Source of the DNA: Octopus sinensis
Lineage: Eukaryota
NCBI RefSeq assembly: GCF_006345805.1
Contig: NC_043006.1
Coordinates: 86,180,001 to 86,244,000 of the forward strand
Reading direction: 5' to 3'
DNA length: 64,000 nucleotides
Part shown: in pieces, positions 13,364-25,688 of the stretch
How positions within the stretch are numbered: the stretch's first letter is position 1
How the letters are laid out: the number at the start of each line of letters is the position of its first letter
Notes under the pieces: model-generated
Database searches by the model: none
The model's input: the letters and a program-made list of their open reading frames with translations, nothing else
Told to the model about the DNA's origin: nothing
Program-made: the position numbers and the translations under genes

Positions 13364-14130
13364 TATATGCGAGTATGTAGAGATATAAGTATGTGCATGT
13401 GTATATGTATATGGGTTGTAATATAGTATGGGTATGTGTATGTGTATGTATGTATGTATATATATATATATATATGTATGTGTTGTGTGTAGTGTATGTA
13501 TGATATACGTATGTATGTATGTATGTATATGTGTATGTATATATATGTGTGTAAGTGTGTGTATATATGTAAATGTAAGTGTGTCTGCTTGTATGAGAAT
13601 GTATGTATGTTTGCACACATGTATATATGTGTGTGTATGTGTATATGTATATGTATATGTGTTATATTGTGTGTGTATATGTATGTATATGTGTAGTATG
13701 TGTGTATGTAGGTGTGTGTGTGTTGTATATATATGTGATGTATGTGTGTGGTATATATATATATATATATGTGTATATGTATATGATATATATATATATA
13801 ATATATATATATATATTATATATATGTGTAGTGTATGTATAGTATATATATGATATATATATATGTGTGTGTGTGTATACATGTGTGTATGGGTAAGTAT
13901 GTATGTATAATATGCGGGTGTATGTGTATGTGTATATGTACATATGCGCGTACGCTCGTGTGTTTATGCATATGTAGGTACGTAGAGTTATCTATGTGTG
14001 TATTTATATGTACATGTGTGTAAGTATGTATATATGTATATATGTATGTGTATGTGTGTGTGTGTGTATATGTAGATGTATATATGTATGGATATATGTA
14101 TGTGTATGTGTATGTGTATATATATGTATG

Positions 14131-14211
<81 letters not shown>

Positions 14212-14646
14212 AAGTTTATATGTATGTATCCGTCTATATAATAGGTAAACTGCACGTACATATACTTAATATTTATTATTTATTTTTTGAGTATGCATGT
14301 ACGAATAAGCGCGTATATAATTTTACTATTTACTTATTTTTGAGTATGCATGTAAGTATGAATATAAGGAGGCGCGCGTGTGTGTGTGTGTATGTGTAAG
14401 CATAGATATATGTATATTTTACGATGTGTGTACTATGTGTATATATGGATGCGCGCGTGTGTGTGTGTGTATGGGTACGCATGTACATGTGTATGTGCGT
14501 GTAGTGTATATATATGTATATGTGTGTGTATGTGTATGTGTGTATATATGCACTGTGTGTGTTTATATATGGTATGTATATATGTGAATATATATGTATA
14601 TATAATATAGATATGTATATATATATATAATATATATATATATGTA

Positions 14647-14686
<40 letters not shown>

Positions 14687-15754
14687 ACATGTATGTATTG
14701 TATGTAGGTGTATATGTATGTGTGTTGTATTTATATTTATGGTGTATATATATAGACTAGCCTTCTAAGAGTGTAGACATAAATCTGTAGGTACGCGTAC
14801 GTATGTGATATATACGTGAATGTATGTAGATGGATGTATGTATGAATAACGCGTGCGTGCGGTATGTGTATGAGGTACGAATGAGTGAGAGTACGTGCTA
14901 AAGAGTGTGCGTGAGTGAATGAGTGCTTGTTTTCCAGTAGACAGATAAATGGACTGGCTGTCATAGCAAGATGTTTGTGACCAAGCGGCCAAAGATAACA
15001 AAAGTAATAAACGAAGATAATAAATTAAAATTAGGGAATGGGTCTGTATTAGTATGTGTATATATATGTGTGTATGTGTAGGTTTGCATAGGTACAAATA
15101 TGTATATGTATACATGTATGTATATGTATGTATGTGTGTGTATATGTGTATGTATGTGTATATGTGTATATAGGGACTAGTGTGCTGTGTGTGCATGTGT
15201 GTGTGGATATGTGTGTGTATGCGTGTATGTGAGTATGTGTGTGTGGTGTATATAGATTTTTCTGTGCATATGTATGTGAGGTCGTGTGGTATATATACAT
15301 GGTGTATACGTGTATGCATGTGAGTGTGTGTGTGTGTATACATATATGTGTATGTGTGTAGATATGTATATGCATGTGTATGTGTAAGTGTATATATATG
15401 TATATATGTGTGTGTATGTAGTGTGTATGTATATGTATATATGTTTGTATGTGTGTGTATGTATGTAACATGTGTGCATAGGTATAAGTGAGAATCTCCT
15501 TATTTACCTAAAACTCTATCCCCCCCTTTTTTTTTTATATAAGGTTTTTTTTTTTATATATAGGTTTTTTTATTTTATTTTTTTATTTTTATTTTTTATT
15601 TTTTATTTATTCTTCTATCTAATTTAACACTGACTCTTGACCACTCCCACAAGTATGATATTTTGTGCTATGCCTACCCCCAAAAAAGTCCCCCACAACA
15701 CCCCGTTAAACCTGCCTACCTAAATGTTAAATGCCAATACAATTCTTGTTAACT

Positions 15755-15805
15755 AGCTTCCTGAAGATTTCTCTTGAATGAAACAGTTCTAGTCCTGTAG
15801 AAGCT
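15755..15805 (+). ncRNA. Type I hammerhead-like ribozyme (family C), inverted copy
   Basis: Same sequence on the plus strand. Confidence 0.7.
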
Positions 15806-15834
15806 CCTTCTATCTAATAAATATATATATATAC

Positions 15835-15968
<134 letters not shown>

Positions 15969-16022
15969 TACATATATAACATATATAATATAGTGTATAT
16001 ATATATATATACACACACACAC

Positions 16023-16054
<32 letters not shown>

Positions 16055-16390
16055 TATATATATAATATATATATGTATATATATATATATAATATATATT
16101 ATCTATATATATTATATATATATATATTATATATATATTGATTTGATTTGAAAACCTCCACTAGATTGGGAGAAAGCGCTAATACGAATGATATGATGTG
16201 AATGTATGATATATATGTAAAAAATGTAATATATAAATAAATATCTACAAATATGAACCATCTGATCTGATTACCTCATTTTTTCTAATATATAATACCT
16301 GTACATACATCATCTCCAAACCTTCCGATATCTATTCTATATATATATCAATTTTTACCCTTATTAATTGTATATATATATATATAATAT

Positions 16391-16435
<45 letters not shown>

Positions 16436-16656
16436 ATATATATACATATATAATCCATATATATATACTATATATATATACATATATATTATACATACAT
16501 ACATATGTATATAATATATATACATATATATATATACATATGTATATATATATATATACATATATATAACATGTATATATATATATATAATATATATATA
16601 AATATACATACATATTATATATATATATATATATACATATTATATATATTACATAT

Positions 16657-16692
<36 letters not shown>

Positions 16693-16788
16693 AATATATA
16701 TGTATATGTGTATATTATATATATACACACACACATATATAATATATATAACATATATATATATATGTGTATACATTAATACACACCA

Positions 16789-16829
<41 letters not shown>

Positions 16830-16840
16830 ATATATATACA

Positions 16841-18655
16841 TGTTCGACGTCTTTTTGGTGTCCTGTACACATATATGCGTGTATATGTACATGTAGAGGT
16901 AGGTACGTACATATATGTTTATATATATGCATATGTTCTATTTTTATTAAACATATTATACGACTAAACGCACGCACCCTATTAAGTAAGATTGTTCTTG
17001 TTTATCAAGTTAGCCTGATATTACTCTCACGCGAACTCTGCATCTTTCTTTCTTTCTCTCCCATTCCCTTTTTCGTCTTTTTCCACGACTTAAATTGTCT
17101 CTTCCTCTCTCTCTCATTCTTCATTTCTCTCTCCCTTTCACCATTCTCATTGGTCTCCTCGCACCATTCCCCCTTCTTCTCTCTCTTCCTCTTGCTCATC
17201 CTCCCCCATTCCCGTCGTCCATCTGCGACGATACTTCCGTCGTAACTGCTATCCTGTCTTTTCTCGCCTGCCTTCTAAGGCTACTGGCGACATTTTTCTC
17301 TCTCGTCGTCCACTATATCCAGCGTTTGCAATACTTTTTTCGTCTGGCGTTAACAGCCCTTCTTATCTTGTTCTCCTTGTCCTGTCTCTCACTGTTATAT
17401 TTATTTTTCCACTGTTTATATTCATATTTTTTACTGTTTATAGGTTTGTACTGTCGTTACCGTCTTGCTTTTTTTACCCCTCTGCGAAAGATCTCAGAAT
17501 TTTAATTGATTTGCTTTTCGCAGGAGGAAGTTTTCTTCGAAGTATACGTCTCGCTTTTATCCTTCGAAACGTTAGTAGATGACACCTTACGAGACTGAAG
17601 AAGGGGATTTTTCGTTGTGCTTATGTCTGTTTCTCGTATCTCTTTTTTTGCTTGTCTTGTTCCTTGGTTTGTGTCTATGTGTTTTCGTCTCTCTATGTAT
17701 TCGACGTCTTTGGTGGTGTCCTGTACACATATAGGCGTGGTATATGTACATGTAGAGGTAGGTACGTACATATATGTTTATATATATGCATATGTTCTAT
17801 TCTATTAACATATTATACGACTACTAACCACGCACCCTATTAAGTAAGATTGTTCTGTTATCAAGTTAGCCTTGATATTAACTCTCACGCGGGACATCTG
17901 CATCTTTTCTTTCTTTCTCCCATTCCCTTTTTCGTCTTTTTTCCCTCACTTAACTTGTTCTTTCCTCTCTCTCTCCCTTTTCACCATTCTTCATGGTCTC
18001 CTCGCACCATTCCCCTTCTTCTCTCTCTTCCTCTTGCTCCTCCTCCCCCATTCCCGTCGTCCATCTGCGACGATACTTCCGTCCGAACTGCTATCCTGTC
18101 TTTTCTCGCCTGCCTTCTAAGGCTACTGGTCGACATTTTTTCTCTCTCGTCGTCCACTATAATCCAGCGGTTGCAATACTTTTTTCGTCTGGCGTTAACA
18201 GCCCTTCTTATCTTGTTCTCCTCCTTGTCCTGTCTCTCACTGTTATATTTTATTTTTCCACTGTTTATATTCATATTTTTTACTGTTTATATGTTTGTAC
18301 TGTCGTTACACCGTCTTGCTTTTTTTACCACCCTCGAAAAGATCTCAGAATTTTAATTGATTTGTTGCTTTTCGCAGGAAGGAAGTTTTCTTCGAAGTAT
18401 ACGTCTCGCTTTTATCCTTCGAAACGTTTAGTAGATGAAACCTTAGCGACTGAAGAAGGGGATTTTTCGTTGTGCTTTTGTCCTGTATCTCTTTTTTTGC
18501 TTGTCTTGTTCCTTGGTTTGTGTCTATGTTTTTCGTCTCTCTATGTGTTCGACGTCTTTTGGTGTCCTGTACACAATATGCGTGTATATGTACATGTAGA
18601 GGTAGGTACGTACATATATGTTTATATATATGCATATGTTCTATTTTATTAACAT
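16841..18655. repeat. ~850-bp tandem repeat, 2.1 copies, flanked by (TA)n
   Basis: ttcgacgtctt..ggtgtcctgtacac recurs at ~16843, ~17699 and ~18547. CT-rich body. Confidence 0.85.
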
Positions 18656-18668
18656 ATATATATATATC

Positions 18669-18709
<41 letters not shown>

Positions 18710-18719
18710 CATACATATG

Positions 18720-18758
<39 letters not shown>

Positions 18759-18759
<1 letters not shown>

Positions 18760-19192
18760 GGAGGCGCAATGACCCAGTAGTTAGGGCAGCAGACTCGCGG
18801 TTTTGATTCCCAGTCTGGGCGTTGTGAGTGTCTATTGAGGCTCCGGCAGGTGGGGGGGGGTGATCTCTTTCACCACTCTTTCTCTCACTCTTTCTCTCAC
18901 TCTTTCTTCTGTTGGCCTGCTCGCTTAGCCTTCGAAACAATGCGAACGCATTGTGACCAGCGATGTGTAGCAACATCTGATGCTATATTTATCTACATGT
19001 GTGTATGCTTGTGTTTGTGTGTGTGTGTTTGTGTGTATCTGTGTTTTTCCGCTTGACAACCGGTGTTGGTATCATAAGAGAACGATAGAACAAGTTCTGG
19101 GGTCGATTTGTTCGACTAAAATCCTTTAAGGTGGTGCCCAGTATGACCGCCGCCGTCAATAAAGTAAAAGATAAAAAAATAAATATATGATT
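18759..19192 (+). mobile_element. tRNA-derived SINE
   Basis: ggaggcgcaatgacccagtagttagggcagc..gattcccag head, (GT)n middle, common tail. Confidence 0.8.
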
Positions 19193-19414
19193 TTAAAACT
19201 TCATTAGTGAGAAGGAATTTCTCCAGTGAAACTTTTTGGTAAAAATCTAAGGCTGGGAATTGTTTAACACGACATACAGCAAAGAGAGTCTTTGGCAACA
19301 ATGCTCACTCGGCCGATATCAGCGCTTGGCCAAGTTGCTCATAGAGTTAGGCTAGAAGGGCCAGGCCCCTTATTTATTTGTTAAGTCTGTTAGTAAGTTT
19401 TCCTAATTTACTCC

Positions 19415-19645
19415 AATCCGGATCCCCAATGCAAACCTTCGAATCAACCTTCTCTAATGCAGATCTCTAAAGCAACCTTATCCAGTCCAAATCTTTGAGT
19501 CAACCTTTTTCACTGCAGATCTCCGATGCAAACCTTCGATGCATCCTTATCCAGTGCAAACCTTCGATGCAACCTTCTCCAATGCAGATCTTCGATGCAG
19601 ACCTCCGAGGCAACCTTCTCCAATGCATATCTTCGATGCAGCCTT
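19415..19645 (+). repeat. Degenerate minisatellite alternating 12/13-bp and 16-bp units
   Basis: ttcgatgcaacc and ttctccaatgcagatc variants. Confidence 0.75.
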
Positions 19646-19949
19646 GACCGATAGTATCCCTAGGAGGGGTTAGGACCAGATTGGGATTAGTCGCTGCCTT
19701 TTAGAGGCTCCCGAGCCCCCTTTCGCTCGGTTAGCTTAGGCTTAGGTTAAGGCTTAGTTGTGATCCGAACATAACCTCTTCTGACACAGAGGATCGGAAG
19801 CCCACGGGCTAAGGAGGGTTTGATGATGGGGCGGGGTTTTCAAAAGGGCCGGCATGTGCAACCTGATCACCTCTGCCGGTCAAACTCCTAACCCATGCGT
19901 TCCCGTCGCAAAGCTGATTCTGCAGAATTGGGTTGGGTGAGAAAACCAA

Positions 19950-20438
19950 CTTTAAAGTATAAATATAGATTTTTTTGAATCAGCAATGTTGTGTTCGGTT
20001 AAGTCCTATTTTGGGTGAAAAATCAATAAACTGATTCCTTATGGGGTTTTCCATTCAATCAGGATGAAAAATCGATAAAGCAGTCCCTTTTAGGATTTCC
20101 CACTAAAATTGGCAACACCCCATTTTCAACCATAACTTTTACCAATTTTGACGTATTTTGTTCAAAATTGATGCCGGCGTTACTTAGGCCTCATGGGATC
20201 TTTGAATGCTTTAAGTTCTCAAAATAAATAAATAAATGAATAAAAATCGATGAGTGGAAAAATCGATAAACCGATTCCTTATGGGATTTCCGAATCAAAT
20301 TGTTTGCAACCTACTTTCAGCCGAACGTTTGCCAATTTCAACGGATTTGACGGGGGTGTAACTTAGTTTGGTTTGAAACAAAGCGCTTGATTAGCTCAGT
20401 AATCCTAGCTTAATCCCAGGCAACGCCGGGCTATACAG
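19950..20438 (+). mobile_element. Helitron/DINE-like remnant
   Basis: 3' hairpin cccaggcaacgccggg (20415-20430) followed by ctatacag; terminal CTAG missing. Confidence 0.4.
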
Positions 20439-20701
20439 TTACATTCACAGAAATACCCCTTGGCGTGCCAGTAGTCATAGTGCATTGCATATACCGTTCT
20501 ATGACAATCCATACAACGGCTAGATGTGGTTTCTCTATAGAACGCACTTCACTTCATAAGACTTGTCCACTCCACGTTTCCTAACATTTTAGGGTCAAGT
20601 GGTGATGTTAAACAAAGTGACACTGAAATTAATGTCACTGAAATTAGTTCAAAACCTCTCTTTTAATAGATTTTTCACATTCACAGACATATGCGAAATT
20701 T

Positions 20702-21503
20702 TCTGTAAAGGGGAACAACTCTGTTTGGAATATCCAAAAGTTTATGCAAGTATTATAAAATATATTACGCAATTATTTCACTATAAAATTACACATATCA
20801 ATATTCTTTTATTTAATGAACCCGTAGAGAAACAAAATTAGAATTCTTGATACGAATTCGAAGAGGAATATGTCCGAACCGACCCATGATGCAGGCTCGT
20901 CAACAGACTTTGGTGACTGGGGTTGCTTCAAAATATTCTGGGTGGACACTAATTTGTATTGCGGGGAGATTTTTGTAAACTCTATTTTCTAAATCTGAGG
21001 GTGCACCATAGAATAGTGAGGGTGCAGAATCGTCCAGTGCCTTCCTCCACCTTAGCGATGAGTATACTATGGTAAAAAGTGTTCCAGTTGTGATCACCAC
21101 ATGCTTAGGACTACCTGATCTGTGTGTGATTTGAGAGTGATTTGGCTGGTATTTCTTGCAGGTGGAACAATGACATATATTAATTAATGGTGGAAGGTGT
21201 TAACTTTCGAAATCTGCTTTAAACCAAGCAATCTCATTCTTTTCATAGAAATATTTATTTAAGGATATGTGGAATTGCTGAGTAGAAGTGGTTGTGTCTG
21301 TAAAGGGGAACAACTCTGTTTGGAATATCCAAAAGTTTATGCAAGTATTATAAAATATATTACGCAATTATTTCACTATAAAATTACACATATCAATATT
21401 CTTTTATTTAATGAACCCGTAGAGAAACAAAATTAGAATTCTTGATACGAATTCGAAGAGGAATATGTCCGAACCGACCCATGATGCAGGCTCGTCAACA
21501 GAC
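20702..21503. repeat. Identical 207-bp direct repeats (20702-20908, 21297-21503) around a 388-bp interior; TRIM-like
   Basis: Copies identical by eye; internal TGT...ACA termini. Confidence 0.75.
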
Positions 21504-21744
21504 AGTGGACATAATGTTATGCCAGAGAATGGAAATGCCATTTCGGGAATAAAAAGTTGTTTCCTTATCTAATTTATTCAGTAACTCTACATTTTCAAGA
21601 ATAGATAACACTGGAGAACAACTTTAAAAATGGTTTGTGGTACCTCAGATTTTGGTTCCGATTCTTGAAATACTCACGCCACTGAATAAAAATATGAGCA
21701 TCTAGCAGCTCTAGATTTTGAAACAAGGCTCTTATCAATAAAAT

Positions 21745-21980
21745 ATAACTATGGATCAATACCAAATGGTTCTCAATTAGGGTAACTGAGCAGCAGGAAA
21801 CAAATGCCATGGTCTTACAGAAGATATCATACCACAATCGCCAATGGCTAATCTGGGTGGATCTTAAGATGGGGAATTTTCTCCTGGGCCAGTAGAATGG
21901 AATACACCAAGTACCTCTGTATTATCTGTTTCTGAGATAGTAGACTCAAGGATGAGCATTGGGTGAGGAAACAATGGTCA
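21745..21980 (+). pseudogene. DNA transposase fragment (Sola-like, tentative)
   Basis: YGSIP..LQKISYH..W..VDLK..FLLGQ*NG/YTKY.C.IC.*DSR.KDEHWV, with stops and frameshifts. Confidence 0.55.
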
Positions 21981-21994
21981 TTGAGGCACAATCC

Positions 21995-22185
21995 CTAAAA
22001 TTCTTGGGGAGGGGGCAAAGTCGATTACATCGACCCCAGTATCAACTGGTACTTATTTCATCGACCCTGAAAGGGTGAAAGGCAAAGTCGATTTCAGCGG
22101 AATTTGAACTCAGACTGTACAGACGGACGAAGTACTGCTGAGCATTTTTCCCGGTGCGATAGCGATTCTGTTTGCTCGCCGCCTT
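21995..22185 (+). mobile_element. SINE-like repeat (gtcgattacatcgaccccag / ggaatttgaactcag family)
   Basis: Same motif set recurs at 53600-54215, 59290-60215, 61470-61840 and 62700-63175. Confidence 0.7.
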
Positions 22186-22189
22186 AATA

Positions 22190-22237
<48 letters not shown>

Positions 22238-22266
22238 GAAGAAGAAGAAGAATAATAATAATAACG

Positions 22267-22340
<74 letters not shown>

Positions 22341-22359
22341 GATAATAATAATAATGATA

Positions 22360-22396
<37 letters not shown>

Positions 22397-22463
22397 GATA
22401 ATAATAATAATAATAATAGTAATAATAATAATAATAACGATAATAATAATGATAATAATAATG

Positions 22464-22512
<49 letters not shown>

Positions 22513-22570
22513 GATAATAATAATAATAATAATAATAACGATAATAATAATAATGATAATAATAATAATA

Positions 22571-25056
22571 AAATATGGTCGGCGATCGAACAACCAAAAA
22601 AGAGGAGTATCAAAATAACAAACTCGGCATCTGAACAACTTTGGACCCCCATAACAACTGAAGAGGTCACCCAGGCACTGCAAAGACTAAGCAACTGGAA
22701 GGCACCTGGGCATGACAAGATCCCCAACTTCTGGTTGAAATATCTAACAGGAATGCACAAAAAGCTGGCTGAAAACTTTAACAACATACTAGCAGAGCCA
22801 GAGACAATGCCTGAATGGCTCACGAAGGGGAAAACCATCTTAATTCCCAAATCAAAAGAAACAGGAAAACCAGAAAACTACAGACCAATAACCTGCCTCC
22901 CTACTATGTTCAAAGCATTTACTGCAGTGATATCGCAAAGGCTGAACAAGCACCTGGACGAAAACAAACTGTTCCCAGAAGAGCAGAAAGGCTGCCGCAA
23001 AGGCTCATATGGCTGTAAAGATCAACTAATGATTAATAAAGCCATAACTGAAGACAGCCACAGAAAGAAGAAAGGCCTCAGTATGGCCTGGATTGACTAC
23101 AAAAAGGCGTTTGATAGCATCCCCCACACATGGATCTTCGAAACACTAGCCATTAACAAAGTAGCACCAACAATCATAAAATTCATAGAGCACTCTATGA
23201 ATAAATGGCAAACAGTCCTACACCTCCAAACAAAAGAGGGACTCATGAAAACCAAAGACATCCCCATTAGAAGAGGAATATTCCAGGGAGACACGCTCTC
23301 TCCACTCCTTTTCTGCTTGGCACTGTCACCTCTATCTGATATACTAAATAGAATTGGATGCGGATATAAATGTTACGGCAAAACGATCAGCCACCTTTTA
23401 TATATGGATGACCTAAAACTATACGCTGCAAATGACAAACAGCTGGAAACACTATTAAAGACAGTTCATGGATTTACCAAAGAAATAGGTATGAAATTTG
23501 GATTAGAAAAATGCGCCAAAGTAACCATGAAAAGAGGAAAACTAGTTAAGAGTAACAACATCACACTAGATAAAACCAATGAAATAAAAGAATTAGACCA
23601 AAGCGAAACTTACAAATACTTAGGAATCCATGAACTAGATAAGACACAACACACACAAATGAAAGAGAAAATAAAAAAAGAATATTATAGACGAGTTAGA
23701 TCAATACTAAACACAGAGCTCAATGCTAAAAACAAGATAATAGGTATCAACACTTTAGCTGTCCCAGTTATAAGTTACAGCTACAATATCCTTAACTGGA
23801 CACGAAATGAACTGACCAAAATAGATAGGAAAACAAGAAAAATAATGACAGGATCTAGGTGCATCACCCCAAATCTGACATAGAAAGACTATATATACAA
23901 CGTATAGAAGGTGGTAGAGGCCTTATACAGCTGGAAAACTACTATAAAATAACCACCATAGGACTGCAAAAATATCTACTTCAGAAGGAAGGAAAACTGA
24001 TCCAGATAGCGGCAAAACACGAGCAAAACAAAAAACTGTTCTCAGTATTTAAGGAAGCTGACAATATAAACAAGAAATCATACCACCTAATAAACATGAA
24101 GAAGAAGAAGAAGAAGATGAAGAAACAACAAAAGCTATAAAACAAATGAAATCCAAACTAAAAAGGAACAGCAACGAACCATGATAAAACGATGGCAAGA
24201 AAAGCCCCTTCATGGTAAATACTGGACTAAACTAAACGCAAAAGAAATAGACAAAGAAAAATCCCAGCAATGGTTGAGAAGCTCAGGACTCAAAGCAGAG
24301 ACAGAGGGATTTTTAATTGCAGCACAAGACCAAAGCCTCCCCCCAGAAATTACCAAAAACATGTAATGAAAAGAAATATTACAAGTAACTGCAGAATATG
24401 TGGAGATGGACAAGAAACAATAAATCATATTATCTCTAGCTGCCCAGTCCTGGCTAAGAAGGAATATATTCACAGACATGACAGAGTTGGAACCTACATA
24501 CATAGGAAGCTATGCCAACATTATGGAATAACAACAGAAAAAAGATGGTATAGGCACACACCAGAAAAGGTCACAGAAAACGAGAAAGCAACCATACTCT
24601 GGGATATGCCGATACACACAGATAGAGAAATTAAGGCCAACAGACCAGATATAGTTGTCAGAGACCATGAAGAAAAAAAATGCTTTCTAATTGATGTATC
24701 AATACCGGCAGATAACAACGTGTCTCTAAAAGAAATGGAGAAACTCTCAAAATACAAAGACCTGGAAATAGAGGTAACTAGAATGTGGAATCTGAAAACA
24801 GAAACAGTTCCTATCATAGTAGGTGCATTAGGCATGATAAAAAAATATTCAGACAAATACATAACAAAAACACCAGGACTTACAAACACATATAACATAC
24901 AGAAAATTGCACTAGTAGGCACTGCACACATCCTACGCAGAACACTTTCCATACAATAACCATCAGAGCATCATAACAAATCACAGCACATACCCAAGGC
25001 ACACAGAGCTGCGCTCGGTAGTGAAGTGAAAGCACGCTATAAAAATAAAACTACTG
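22571..25056 (+). mobile_element. R4/Dong-clade non-LTR retrotransposon, family 1, 5'-truncated copy
   Basis: RT (YRPITCL..IFQGDTLSP..YMDDLK), CCHC knuckle (CRIC..ETINHIISSC..HRHD), RLE (RPDIV..D..IP.D..K..KY). (TAA)n on both sides. Confidence 0.93.
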
Positions 25057-25090
25057 AATAATAATAATAATAACGATAATAATAATAATG

Positions 25091-25130
<40 letters not shown>

Positions 25131-25141
25131 CAATAATAACG

Positions 25142-25215
<74 letters not shown>

Positions 25216-25216
25216 G

Positions 25217-25257
<41 letters not shown>

Positions 25258-25379
25258 GATAATATAATAATGATAATAATAATAATAATAATAACGAAAT
25301 AATATAATAATAATAATAAAATAATAATATAATAATGATGATGATAATAATAATAATAATAATAATGATGATGATGATG

Positions 25380-25414
<35 letters not shown>

Positions 25415-25589
25415 TAAAATAATAATGATAACGATAATAATAATAATGATAATAATAATAATAAAATAATAATAATAATAATAAAATAATAATAATGATA
25501 ATAATAATAATAATACGATAATAATAACAATGATAATAATAATAATAATAATAATGATAATAATAACGATAATAATATAATAATAATAA

Positions 25590-25625
<36 letters not shown>

Positions 25626-25688
25626 TATAATAACGATAATAATAATAATAATAATAATATAATAATAATAATATAATAATAATAATAA

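Noticed and set aside
19845-19945. HDV-like ribozyme starting GGCCGGC
   Set aside because: P1 forms but P3, P1.1 and P2 could not be built.
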